DNA of 64,000 nt, taken from Octopus sinensis (lineage: Eukaryota). The translations under genes and the position numbers were made by a program. The stretch lies in NCBI RefSeq assembly GCF_006345805.1, contig NW_021833665.1:1-64000 (forward strand). The letters are read 5' to 3'. Positions 51,118 through 63,129 of this stretch are shown here, in pieces (the first letter of the stretch is position 1; each line of letters opens with the position of its first letter). The notes beneath the pieces were generated by a model. It worked only from the letters and a program-made list of their open reading frames with translations. It searched no databases and was not told the DNA's origin.

Positions 51118-52330
51118 TGGAGGAACAACGAATAGGCAGTTACACTGCGGTGGCAGGCAAAAGCCTGGCAGCTGACATTCTGTGATTGAAAGAATTGGTG
51201 TTGGAGCAGAAGGATTTCGGAAAGTACAAGAATTATTTAAAAAAGAGGGAGACTGCCTTAGGCTGATACCCCTGGGAGAAGCGATGGAAAGAGCAGAGAG
51301 GAAAATAATAATATACAGAATGCTGGATGTAGAAACAAAAAGAGTGGAAGTAACAGAGGAATGCCTGACCGAAGTGAAAGGAGTAAAGACGTTTTTTTAC
51401 TCGTGGAAGGAAGTACGGCACGGTGGAGGTTCACTTCGTGAATGAGAAGGAAACGAAAAAGTACTCCACGATGCTGTTGAGATCAGCCAGGTGGGCACTT
51501 TTGCCAACCTAATGTGGTAAAAGAGTGGCAAGAGTACAGATTGGGAGAGTGTCGCCCAAAATAGATGATGAATGGCTGTTGGAAGCTATCCTGTACAACT
51601 GTGAGGAGGAGACCAAGATTATCAAGGTGGCGAAATTGGCTGAGATAAACTGATGGGGATTTAGACTGGAAATCTTGATCCATATAACCCTGCCTGACTT
51701 GCACAAGATAGCAGAGGAGTTGGTGCTCCCCGATGACACCCGGCTGAGAATTGTGGTCGAGGGGAAGCTTCCAATATGTTATAATTGTGGTACAAGAGGA
51801 CACATGAAGGCAAGGTGTCCCCAGAGACGAGGAAAGAATAGAGAATTAAGCAGAGATGGAGGAAAAGAAGGAGGAGGAAATAGGAGGCAGAAAAAGAACA
51901 AGTGCGGAGTCACCGCCAAAAACCTGAAAAAGAAGAGAAAAGCGGTAAAAGTACAAGAGAAAAAATTAGTAGAGAGAGAAAAGAGACGAGTGAAAATCGA
52001 ACCCCAGAGCCAACAACAAGAAGGAGAGAAGAAATAGACAAAGAGGAGAAATATGAGGAGTGGAAAGGGGAATTAAGGAGGAGAATGGAATATGTGAGGC
52101 AAAGAAAGCAGCCGACTGAACGACACTTAAGAACAATGATAATTTACGATAAGAATGTGAGAATTGAGGAAAAGATTGCAAAGGTGAAGAATTTAATAAG
52201 AGTAAGACTGGATGAAGAGGTATTTGGTAGCGAGGAAAGAGCAGTACTATTGGAGAGAGAGAGAGAGAGTCGAGAAATTGATGGAATTGTTTGGAACAAG
52301 AATAAGGAAAATTGAACTGTACATTTCAAA
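51118..52330 (+). mobile_element. Degraded gag-like ORF1 of an L1/Tx1-clade non-LTR element
   Basis: Starts MEEQRIGSYTAVAGK. Contains the zinc knuckle KLPICYNCGTRGHMKARC (CX2CX4HX4C) and an E/K/R-rich C-terminus, with frameshifts. No ORF2 follows. Confidence 0.75.
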
Positions 52331-53759
52331 GAAAGCAACTAGAATGAAATTCTTTGAAACACACAAAAAAAAAGAAGAAAATTTTTTATCAAGAATATTG
52401 TTTACTTTAATATTTGTGTCTTTGTGAAATAGATTTTGGCTGGATTATGTTCTTCATTATTTTTGTATTAATGGCGGTGGAGAAGGATGGCGTTCTAGTG
52501 TCTTTGCTTATTTTAACTCATAAAATTATGTGTAATTAAAATTACTTCATCAGTAAATGAAGGATTTAAAAATATTCTTCCTTCCCCCCCATCCCCATCC
52601 ACTCTAATACTCCAATATAAATATGTTTAATAAGTAATTCCAGCCTGAAGAATTTAATGTTATATAATAATAATAAGTCATTAAAGGCATCATTATGAAA
52701 ACATTCAAAATTTTGTTATTAATAACCAAATAGTAGAAGCCGATTGACAAGATGAGACATTTCAAATAGTTTTTTTTATAATGAACTGCTGTCAAATGTA
52801 AATAAAGGAAATGTTAACACAGGAGATAATGACTGCGAACGATCTGCTAATTAAAGTGCAATTAGCAACATGGGTGTTAGTTTAATTAGCAACACTCACT
52901 GGTAAAGAAAAAAAGGGATTACCTCCCCTTGCCTTTCAACCACATCCAAGCATGTTCCATGCATTAAATACCTGCCAGTTGTTACTTGGGGATTCGACAG
53001 GATTGTTAGCACATTGCTTAGAATGTATTGAAGTAGTCATTCTGGCATTCTGTGCCCTGAGTTCAAATCCCATCAACGTCAACTTTGCTTTTTCATTCTT
53101 TCAATACAAAATCAGGTACTGAAAGGAATACATCATTATATTTTGCACTCTCTCATTCTCTTTCTCTCTCTTTCTCTTTCTCTCTCTCTCACACTTTCTC
53201 TCTCTCTCTCTCTCTCCCTTTTTCCTTGAAAGATTTCCACTGTGGTTTGACAGAGAGAGGGGTTAGTTACATCATGTTTAAAATACCCAAATATGAGTGA
53301 GGAAGGCATCCTTATGATTCCGACAACATATGATGACTGAAGGCAGGGAATGGATATGAATAAACCCCCTCATCAATAGATATGCCCAATACTCAATCAT
53401 ATTGAACAACCACAGTTATCTGTGGTAGTAGTAAGTACATCAGATAAAAATGCTATCTGATGCGTCTACTGAAAATCTAAGCATGGTCCTGTCAAACTGT
53501 TCCTGTCTATTTATTTGTACAAGCTAATAATGAACCAATGAGAGATCGTGTATGTGGTGGTTAGGTCTGTTAGATGTAGCAGCCACATCTGCCTCGTATC
53601 TTAAAACGAGGACATGTGAACTTACATGGTTATATGGTCATTGCAAATAGGAAAAAGACAGGATGGTTACAGCTAGAATGCTTTTGATCTCAGGCCTGCA
53701 CAGTCAGGGTTGACCAAGGGCTAAACAACAAATTTGTTCACAAGGGATGTATGTATGTT

Positions 53760-53912
53760 TATCCCTCCAACACCGATAGACAACCGGTGCTATTGTGTTC
53801 ATGTCCCCGTAACTTAGCGTTTCGTCAAAAGAGAAAGATAGATTAAATACTAGGCCTACAAAGAATAAGTCCTGGTTTCGATTTTTTCGAATAAAGGTGC
53901 TGCTGCGTCATG

Positions 53913-53974
<62 letters not shown>

Positions 53975-54165
53975 TTCTGTGTGTGTTTATTTCTCGGACA
54001 TCGTCGGACAACGGGTGCTAGTGTGTACAGGTGCCCGAACTTAGCGGTTCGGGAAAAGGGGCCGATAGTTTAAATACTAGGCCTACAAAGTAAAAGTCCT
54101 GGTGTCGATTTACACGAGTAAAGGCATTGCTCCACCATGGCCACAGTCAAATGATTGAAAAATTA
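53760..54165 (+). mobile_element. Two related SINE fragments separated by (TA)n
   Basis: Both read GACAAC(C/G)GGTGCT...AACTTAGCG(T/G)TTCG...AAATACTAGGCCTACAAAG...AGTCCTGGT. Confidence 0.75.
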
Positions 54166-54504
54166 AGTGTATAAAACAGAAAATAACCAGAAAAGTTTAT
54201 ATTCTCTTAACTATCTAATTAAGGGAGATAACTGAAAATCAACTTTTAGAGTTACTTCCCTTGACATATTAATAAAAGACATGACAGTTTAAGATGTAGG
54301 TGCGTTTGTTTTTTGCATGCGAAGGGTACACTTGCATTCGCGCAGGAAGAGACAAATATACACATGCAAATTTTCTGCTGTTAACTTTAACAAATAAACA
54401 TTGACTAGCTTATAATTCACACTTAATTACACCCGAAAACTATGTAAAGTACTCACCATATCTACTAATACCCTTTGGACATGATCAGATTTCTATTTTG
54501 TTTT

Positions 54505-54562
54505 AGATAGTATATATGCGTATGTAGGTATATACACGTGTATATGCATGAATGCATGCATT

Positions 54563-54609
<47 letters not shown>

Positions 54610-54624
54610 GCATACAACTAAATG

Positions 54625-54664
<40 letters not shown>

Positions 54665-54697
54665 CATGTATATATTTATGTATATATTTATGTATGC

Positions 54698-54729
<32 letters not shown>

Positions 54730-54828
54730 CATACATGTATATATTTATGTATATATTTATGTATGCATATATATATATATATATATTTGTATGTATGAGT
54801 ATATATATTTATATATTTATCATATATA
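54505..54828. repeat. (TA)n/(TATG)n microsatellite
   Basis: Direct inspection. Confidence 0.93.
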
Positions 54829-55074
54829 TGCCTGAACACCGCCTTTAGTGAAACATAATGTAACCCAGGACTTATTCTTTGGAAGCCTTGTCCTTATTCT
54901 AACTTTTTTTTTTGTCGAACCGTAAAGTTAGCGGAGCATATGTGTGGACTGTGCTCACCCATGCACAAACGCACATACGTTCAAACATGCACAAAGATAT
55001 ATGCAAAGATGCACACGTGTAGCTATTTTTGTTTTAAATATGTTGATCTTAAAACCGTGACATTCTGAAGAAAT

Positions 55075-55529
55075 TGTATGTGTGTGCGGGCCAGCCAACG
55101 TGTGTGTGCGTGTATGTGTGCTTTCATTTCTGTGTCTGTGAGTGGCATGTGTGAGTGTTTCAAGTTCAATGTTTGTGCGTGCGTGTGTGTATTTGTTTGT
55201 GATTGAGGGCGTGTTTAAATGTGTGTTTTGATTTCTAGGTGTGTGTGTGAGTGTGTGACTGTGTTTTCATTTTTGTGTGTGGGTGCGTACGTTTGTGTGT
55301 GAGTGTGTGCGACTATTTTCATTTCTGTGTGTGTGTGTTTGTGTGAGTGTGTAAGTGTTTGGATGTGCAACTGTGTATTTTAATTTCTATGTGTGTGTGT
55401 GTTTGTGTTTGTGCATGTGTGAGTGTGTGTGAGTGAGTGGGTGTGTAACTGTGTGTTTTCATTTGTGTTTGTCCGTGTGTGTAGCTGTGTATTTTAATTT
55501 CTACGTGCGTGTGTGTTTGTTTGTGCATA

Positions 55530-55562
<33 letters not shown>

Positions 55563-55640
55563 GTATTTTTTTCAGTGTTTGTGTGCGTGGGACTGTTTTT
55601 ATTTATGTGTGTGTGTGTGGGGGTATTTTTATTTCAGCGT
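55075..55640. repeat. Degenerate (GT)n-rich minisatellite; related tracts at about 56725-56850 and 57135-57335
   Basis: Recurrent GTGTGT...TGTGTTTTCATTTCTGTGTGTG units. Confidence 0.8.
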
Positions 55641-55745
55641 TTGTGCGTGTGTGTGAGAGTTCATTAATGAACTCATTTGCATACAAACAATTAGGGCTCA
55701 CCTTGAACTTATCCGGTTAACAAACAGTAGTGTCTGAATGGGAAT

Positions 55746-56075
55746 TAGCTTGCTTACCTAACAAATGCTTCCGAGTTCAGTCCCACTGGGTGGCACGTTG
55801 GGCAAATGTCTTCTACTATAGTCTCGGGCCGACCAAAGCCTTGTGAGTGGATTTGGTAGACGGAAACTAAAAGAAGACTGTCGTATATATATATATATAT
55901 GTATATGTAGCAGTAAGAGTGGCTGTGGTATGTAGCTTGCTTTCCAAACACGGTGTTTCTGGTTCAGTCCAACTACGTGGCCCCATGAGCAAGTGTTTTC
56001 CAATATATTTTCGGACAGACCAACGTTTCTGAGTAGTTTTGGTACACGGAAACAGAAAGTAACCCGTCGTATAGA
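55746..56075 (+). mobile_element. Two tRNA-derived CORE/V-type SINE copies
   Basis: GAGTTCAGTCCCACT...TTGGGCAAATGTCTTCTACTATAG...GGATTTGGTAGACGGAAACTAAAAGAAG followed by a microsatellite; a more degraded copy starts at about 55914. Confidence 0.8.
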
Positions 56076-57492
56076 GAGAGAGAGAGAGAGAGAGAGACAT
56101 AGGTATATATTGACAGATATATGTATATACATATAGATATTTAAACATATAAGGGATAGCCATAATGGGACATCCGACACACTAGAGAGAGCAGATAAAC
56201 TCCAAAAAAGCGTAAAAGTGTATGTCATGTCTGAATAATATATTCGAGAGTTACTTGCATATTATAATTTAATAAAAGTAACATAATTATATGTAAGGAA
56301 AGTAACTCTAGAAGATGTTATCTAGTTATCTCCCTTCCGAGAGTTAATTTCCTTAAATATAATTTTATTATTGTTAACTTATAATATTCAAGGGAAGTAA
56401 CTATAGAAGATACTTTGTAGTTATCTCCCTTAAGTATGTAGTTATCATAATATACACTTTGTCGCTCTTAGACTCTTTCAGTTATTTCACTGTGACCATG
56501 GTGGAGCACTGCCTTTAGTCAAGCAAATCAACCCCAGGAATTATTCTTTGTATGCCTATTACTTAATGTATAGGTCTCTTTTGCAGAACCGATAAGTTAC
56601 GGGGACGTAATGTTCGATGTACTGATTAAGGAGGTATTTATTTATTGTAAGAACTTCAATTATCATAAATTATGGGCTAGGAAAAATACTAGAAACTTTT
56701 TTGATATACCTATTGGAGCTCCTTGTGTGTGTGGGACTGTTTTTATTTGTGTGAGTGTGGGTATTTTCATTTCAGTGTGTGTGAGAGTGTTTTTATTTCT
56801 GTGTGCGTGAGTGTGTGAGCGACTGAGTGTTTCTATTTGTTTGTGTGTGTGCGACACTTACAACTACAACAAACACTTTGACCATTGCTAAGATACCCAC
56901 ATTTGAGATCACTAACTACTAAATCAAAATAAGTTCAATTTATTGCATCTTTAGTGACTTCAGATGTTGCTCATATTTTTCCCATATGTCGACAAGGTAT
57001 TAATTTCACAAGTGGATGGCAGAAATTCTCATACTGGCGTGGAGGGGCTGATATTCTAACTGCGAGTGCAAAGGACCCAATGCCCCTTTACATTCTGAAT
57101 AAATTGTATGTTTGTGCTAGTTAGGGTTAGGGTTTTATGTGTGAGTGTGTAACTGCGTTTTCATTTCTGTGTGTGGGTGCGTATGTGAGAGTTTGGATGT
57201 GTAACTGTCTTTTTCGTTGCTATATGTGTGTGTCTGTGTGTTTGTGCGTGTGTAGGTATGTAACTGTTTCCATTTCTGTGTTTGTCCGCGTGTTTGAGTG
57301 TGTGAATATGTAGCTGTGTATTTTCATTTCTGTGAGATGCAGTGTCTAATGAAATGAAGCTGTTGCTTAGCTGTTGTTTTTCTCAAGCAACAAGTAACGG
57401 CTTTCCTGAGAGTTTTGGTAGCCTGGCTCAATCTTTCGGAATTACGGAGAAGTACTTGCATCTGTTAGATTCACTTTAACATTTGAATTTAA

Positions 57493-57543
57493 TTTGTCAA
57501 AATATTTTCGTCGATTTGAGACTGCGACTTCTTCACTGACAAA
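57493..57543 (-). ncRNA. Minimal type I hammerhead ribozyme motif (Penelope-type) with a C3-to-G core substitution
   Basis: Minus strand: TTTGTCA GTGAAGA A GTCG cagtctcaaat CGAC GAA AATATT T TGACAAA. This gives a 7-bp helix I, 4-bp helix II and palindromic helix III. Confidence 0.72.
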
Positions 57544-57872
57544 ATTCCATGCTGCATCTGAGAAAGTAAGTTAGTTCATGATATATATGTATGTATGTAT
57601 GTGTTTATGTATGTATGTATATGTGTACATATATGTGCGCATGCATGTGTGCATGCCTATACGCATGTATGTATGTACTTACGTATGTGAGTATTTAGGA
57701 GAAATAGACGTGTCAGTGTGTGAACATGTATATGTACTTGCGAACGTATGTTTATGTAATGATATGTGTCAGTTCAAGTTGTATACATGACTGTTACCTT
57801 GCCACTCGCTATGCAAGTACATCTCTTTCTCTCTCTCTCTCTTTATATATATATATATATAATATATATATA

Positions 57873-57931
<59 letters not shown>

Positions 57932-58558
57932 AGCAGATTGTAACATAGATAAATATATAGGCAGAAATAGATGGAGTCAGAAGAAGAATAGACATACCAA
58001 CTACCAATCACCTAGAAAGATAGAGTGCTTGATAGATAGATAGATGCTTACTAAAACAGGGGAATGCCTCAAATTTTAGAAGAAGTGGTTAATTGATTAA
58101 ATTGATCTTATTACTTGACTTGCACTTTTTTTATCAACCATTAAAGGAAGAGAAACAAAGTTAGCCTCAGCAGGATTTGAAACTAGAATATAAAGAACTG
58201 GTAGAAATATTGCAAGGTATTTTGCCAACACTCTAACAATTGTGCCTCTCCACCATCGTAAGTTTAATAGAATAAAATCTGTGAATGAATTTTGATGAAT
58301 TTCTTGTGTAGTTTTAATGAAAGTTGGTCTCACATTGCTTGCATTTATATCTTTCCTGAGACATGTAAAACTTTCCATTTGCATAATACTTGGCTGCTTG
58401 TCACTTCAAATAAAGAGTATTGAACTGATATTAAAGCCAAAATTTTCCTTTCGCTACTATTAGGATGTTTTTCATTTTTACTTTCAGGGTTAAAAAATGA
58501 ATGATTACACTTATTGGTTTACATGCGAACTTTTGTTTATTTTATATCCTTCTATATG

Positions 58559-58808
58559 TTGGATATGCAAATTTCACGAAGCGGGGATAGACACAACTGT
58601 CTTCACACAACCCACTTCAGATTACTCCACTAAACACAATACTCTAATAAATAGAAACTCTGAACAATGTCAGCAACTTCCATGAACTCCCAATGACTCT
58701 CTTTGTCTCAACCAATATGCTAATTTTTTTATAAGAGTTTTGCTAGTCCATTCTTCCAATCCCATAGGGGTGCCAATGACTCTCACCACAACAGTTTATA
58801 CATGTAGA
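58559..58808. repeat. 250-bp dispersed duplicate, copy 2
   Basis: Matches 44278-44527. Confidence 0.95.
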
Positions 58809-59369
58809 TTTTACCAAGCAAGTAGCCCATGCGAAGCTTCACCTATATGTAAGTACATAATTTTTTTGTTAAATTAAGTTTTCTGTTAGTTAACCATAGC
58901 TGTTTGTAAATTGAACACCTGTTTCTCTGTGTATATTGAACAATTTCCATAAGACATATATGTTTGCAAATGTAAAATATGTTTGTTTCCCAATACCATA
59001 GTTTAGTGTCTAGTTCTACTGTGTGGCATTTTGGGCAAGAGTCTTCGACTATAGGTAGGGACCAACAAATGCATTTTTAGTGAAAGTGGTTGATGATGCT
59101 TATTGCATGTGTGTGTGTGTATACACCATATCAATTATCTGATGCATGTTATAGGTAACTGTTGACAAAAAGTGCAAAATACTCATTGAAAAATCAAAAT
59201 AATTTAGAGTAATGTCAAGAAGGGATGTGGAATGGATAGTGAAAGGTCTGGCTTGGAAGGTGTCCCACAGTATTGCTGCCTGGGCCTATGTGTCATCTTG
59301 CTACTGCAAGAGAGTACAGACCATTGAATGTTTGTGAAATATTGGCATCTAAGATTATGAACTCTTTGG

Positions 59370-59900
59370 ATTTACTGATTACCTTGATGTCAGTGAGATT
59401 GCCATTGTCAAACAAGAGATTTGTTACCTTAGTAAGTGTCTACCCTCCAACCATGTGTTCCTCTGAAGAGAAAAAAAAGACTAATATTTTATCTTTAATG
59501 AAAAAAGCTTCTGTGCAGTGTTCTTTCTGCTTATAAAATCTTCATACTTGTTGAATTCAATGAAAGCATTTGCAGAGATAAAAAAATTTGGGATATAATT
59601 GGGAAACATGAAGCCAGAAAATGCAATAGTAATGGCTTGTTTAGTACTGCAAATGTGTTCGATTTTTGCATATACTGGGTAACTGTCAATCTCCTAGTGT
59701 GGAGCATGCTGTATTTGAGCACCAAATATGTGGGAGTATTTATGTGATCAAGATGAAAGGCAATTAGGTCTCTCATTAATTTCTGTTTGGTGAGTTGGCC
59801 CTGAGGAAAAATCTAGGCAACAAATTGAAATTAAGGCATGAATGCATTAGAGACACTTAGAGGATCTAGATCAAATTAGAGAAAGTGAAAACATCACTAA
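59370..59900 (+). mobile_element. Degraded RTE-clade APE endonuclease fragment
   Basis: LMSVRLPLSNKRFVTLVSVYPPTM resembles the RTE EN motif RLMxxRLPL...TxxSxYAPT. Downstream GKH...CNSNG-like remnants. Confidence 0.75.
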
Positions 59901-60129
59901 GTTTTTGATGGAAAAAATTGTTTCATGTTGGAATGAGTGAATTTGAATGAATGTCAATAAAATCTTAGTGTGCATGAAATGCTTGAGAGAGATTTTTGAA
60001 AAGGTCTTAATATTAATGTTTCCATTGTGTTTTGCTTCAAAAACTACATAGACATGACAGAATTAAATAGACATCCTTATAATTGTTAAAATTTATTTAA
60101 ATTATTTATTAATTATTATAATGTGAATA

Positions 60130-61000
60130 TCTAATATTTAGTAGACAGGCTCCTTGCATTTTTGAATGCAAGGACCCTAGCAGGCATGCTACTGATCTGA
60201 TGAATATTCTCTTCATGATTTTCTTGCCAAGTTTCTTGCAGTAATATCAAAAGATCTGGCTTTAAGGATGCTTTCTTTTTCTTTTTAGGAAGTATCCCAT
60301 CCATCATGCCTCAGAGGTGTTCAGTAGGGTTCATATCTGGTGATTGGCTTAGCTATGGAAGCTTTTTAATGCCATTCTCTTCCAACCAATCCTGGGTCTT
60401 TTAGTTGTGCAAGAAAGCCCTATCTTCCATAAATAGTGTTATTTAATCATATTACCCCTGGAGGTTATAGGAAGAAGATTTTTCTATAATATGGACACAT
60501 ATTTATCTGAGTTTATGTATCCCTCACATTCCACCATTTCTGATTGACTATTGCTCCAAACTGCTCTCTAGACCATCACATGTTTCATTGTTGGCTGCAA
60601 TATATTCACGTGAAAATATTGGTGACTGATTCTCCAGACCCACATTCGACCAGTGTCAGAAAATACAGCAAATCTGGATTCATCAGAGAATTTGACAGTG
60701 TCCCAAAGTGCTAGTGACCTCTCTACCATTTCACTTGTCCAATCTTTTCTCCATTTGATATTGGCTGGTCGAAGCAGTGTCTTCTTTCTTGCTGCTCTGC
60801 CATAATAGCCAATTTTGCGGAGATAACTGACAGCTATTCTGGGACTGGCATCAACTTATTCTGCTATATTGGAGGCCTTGCAATGAGGATTATCTTACAC
60901 ACTTCTCTTAAGAAAGCAAAGTGTTGTCAGAGGGCCTTAGTCTACCTGGGTAAGGTGATATGGACTACTTTCTCGTTTAGTGAATTGAAAAATTACTCTA
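60130..61000 (-). mobile_element. Degraded Tc1/mariner transposase
   Basis: Minus strand GYYGRAARKKTLL, WDTVKFSDESRF and SQSPDMNPTEHL(W) motifs, with stops and frameshifts. Boundaries are approximate and TIRs were not identified. Confidence 0.85.
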
Positions 61001-61977
61001 TTTACTGTAGAAAGTAGAATCACAATGTTTTCTGTGGTTTTAGGCTAAGTCAGCCTTGAAATAGGCGCAGCATATGGCCTCTTTGTAAATTGGACATTTT
61101 TAAGGCTTCTTTTGTACATGGCATGATTAAACAGTTACATATAGAACCTGAAACATATAAATGTCAATTAATAAAAAATATAAACCTCTTCAAGTTATAA
61201 TAACAATGTGTTAATGGGTATCTATTTACTTTTGTCATGTTTGTGTACAAATGTATCATTTATTACAACTGCACTTTGAAAGAAAAAGAAAACCTTTAGT
61301 AGAAATTAGCATTAGCTACGACAATGTTACCCAACTATTAAATCTTATATTTTTCAAACTCATGCTAGGATGGAAAAATGAACGTAGGTATGAGACTTAT
61401 TTTTACACATGTATTGATGCATATAAAACATGAAATTATGTTGTCTACATACTTAATATTTGCAATTAATTCATTGTAAGAACTAGAAATTTGACAGGTT
61501 TTCTTGAGTTGTTGCTCATCTACAATAATCTGATAAATCTGAGGTTATTGTTGGTTGCATAAGATTGTCATTGAATTTTCTCTAGACAGAAGTATCTAAT
61601 CATTTTATCCATACTAGCATGGGTTGTGTGTATCATGTTGATATCTGTTTCAGTTTAATTCCCTCTGCAATAGTTTCTTTTTTTTGTGTTTATGCAATAT
61701 TGTACTTTCATAAAATACAGTCGTCTCTTGCCTTACACAGTATTGTTTCTTAGTTTCACTTTAGCACAATTTTGCTCATTTTCCTCTATTTGTTTCTTTT
61801 TGTTTTTGTTTTTACAAATATAGAAGTAGTACCTGCTTCAGTTTCTCATAATATTTTGTTAAATATTTTTGAATTTGAAATATTAAAATTGATTTCACTG
61901 GAAATGAAAATTCAATGTATAAAATTAACTTTAAACTAGATGTTCAGCATAAAATGCAAAAGTTTTACAAAAAGAAT

Positions 61978-62830
61978 TGTCATCATCATCATCATCATCA
62001 TTTAATGTCCATTATCTATGCTGGCATGTGTTGGACAGTTTCATCAGGGCTGGTAAGCTGAGGGTCTGCAGCAGACTCCAGTCTGATTTGTCATTGTTTC
62101 TATGGCTGGATGTTCTTCTTAACATCAAGCACTCCATAAGTGTTGTGGGCAGGGGTTGTGAAAAAAATTAATTGATGGGAAATTAATTACAATATATTGT
62201 CTTCTAAGGCACGGCATGTCATGAAAGGTGTCGGTCATTAGTCATTGCCTTTATAAGTTTCAACAGTCAAAGATCATGCATTACCACCTTGTCCAATGCC
62301 TTCTTATGTCTACTTCTTCTGCCATGTAGCATAGTTGTCTGCACAGGTATAATAAATATGGCTTTCACTCTGAAGGAGAGAACCTTAGTTACCAAACAGA
62401 GGAAGGAGCTCTCTGAATTTGCTCAGCCTATTTTTATTCTTGCAGCCACACTCTTGGTTCATCCACCTCTGCTACTGACTTTGTTGCTCAACAATCTTTA
62501 TCGTACTCCTCTGGTATTTGATGAAGCCCATTTTCTGTACACTTTTAGTGTTTACTGTACATGTGCACCTTCCACATGCAAAAAATATTTTCCCCCAGTT
62601 TACCTTCCTCTGATATTGCTACACCTATTATGTGTTATACAGAGTACATCTACCTACCTGTTTCCTTCATATTGAGGATGGCCATGTACCTGAAGGGCTT
62701 TACGATTTATCTGTTTTCCTACTTACTAAGACTTTGGGTTATGGTTGGGTAGGTTAATTCTGTGACCTTTCAATTCTAGATCTTGCTTCCGTATGCAAAA
62801 TTTGTTCTCTAGTTCTGGTAGTGATTTAGC
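61978..62830 (-). mobile_element. Heavily degraded RTE-clade LINE fragment
   Basis: (CAT)n tail at 61978 plus a colinear decayed match to 38000-38600. Confidence 0.8.
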
Positions 62831-63129
62831 TATAAGAAGAAGCTCATTAGTAAATAAGTGTGAAAACTCTTTGCTTTCACAAACACTTTATGTACACTGA
62901 TTGAAGCAATGAAAAAAAAGGTCTTCGGTATACCTGAAACGTGAAGGAAAATATTTGGATAATGAAACTAATAATGTATGGCTAATTGAATGTAATGTAA
63001 TAAATGATAATATATGAGTGTTCAGTTGTCATCCTCTATGCCCTCCCCCAATTCCTTTGAGAGAAGCAAAGAAGACTAATAATATGTATTAAATGATTAA
63101 CGAAAATAATAATTAGTGCAAGAGACCCT

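Noticed and set aside
57121-57134. TTAGGGTTAGGG telomere-like motif
   Set aside because: Only two units, embedded in GT-rich repeat; not evidence for an interstitial telomere.
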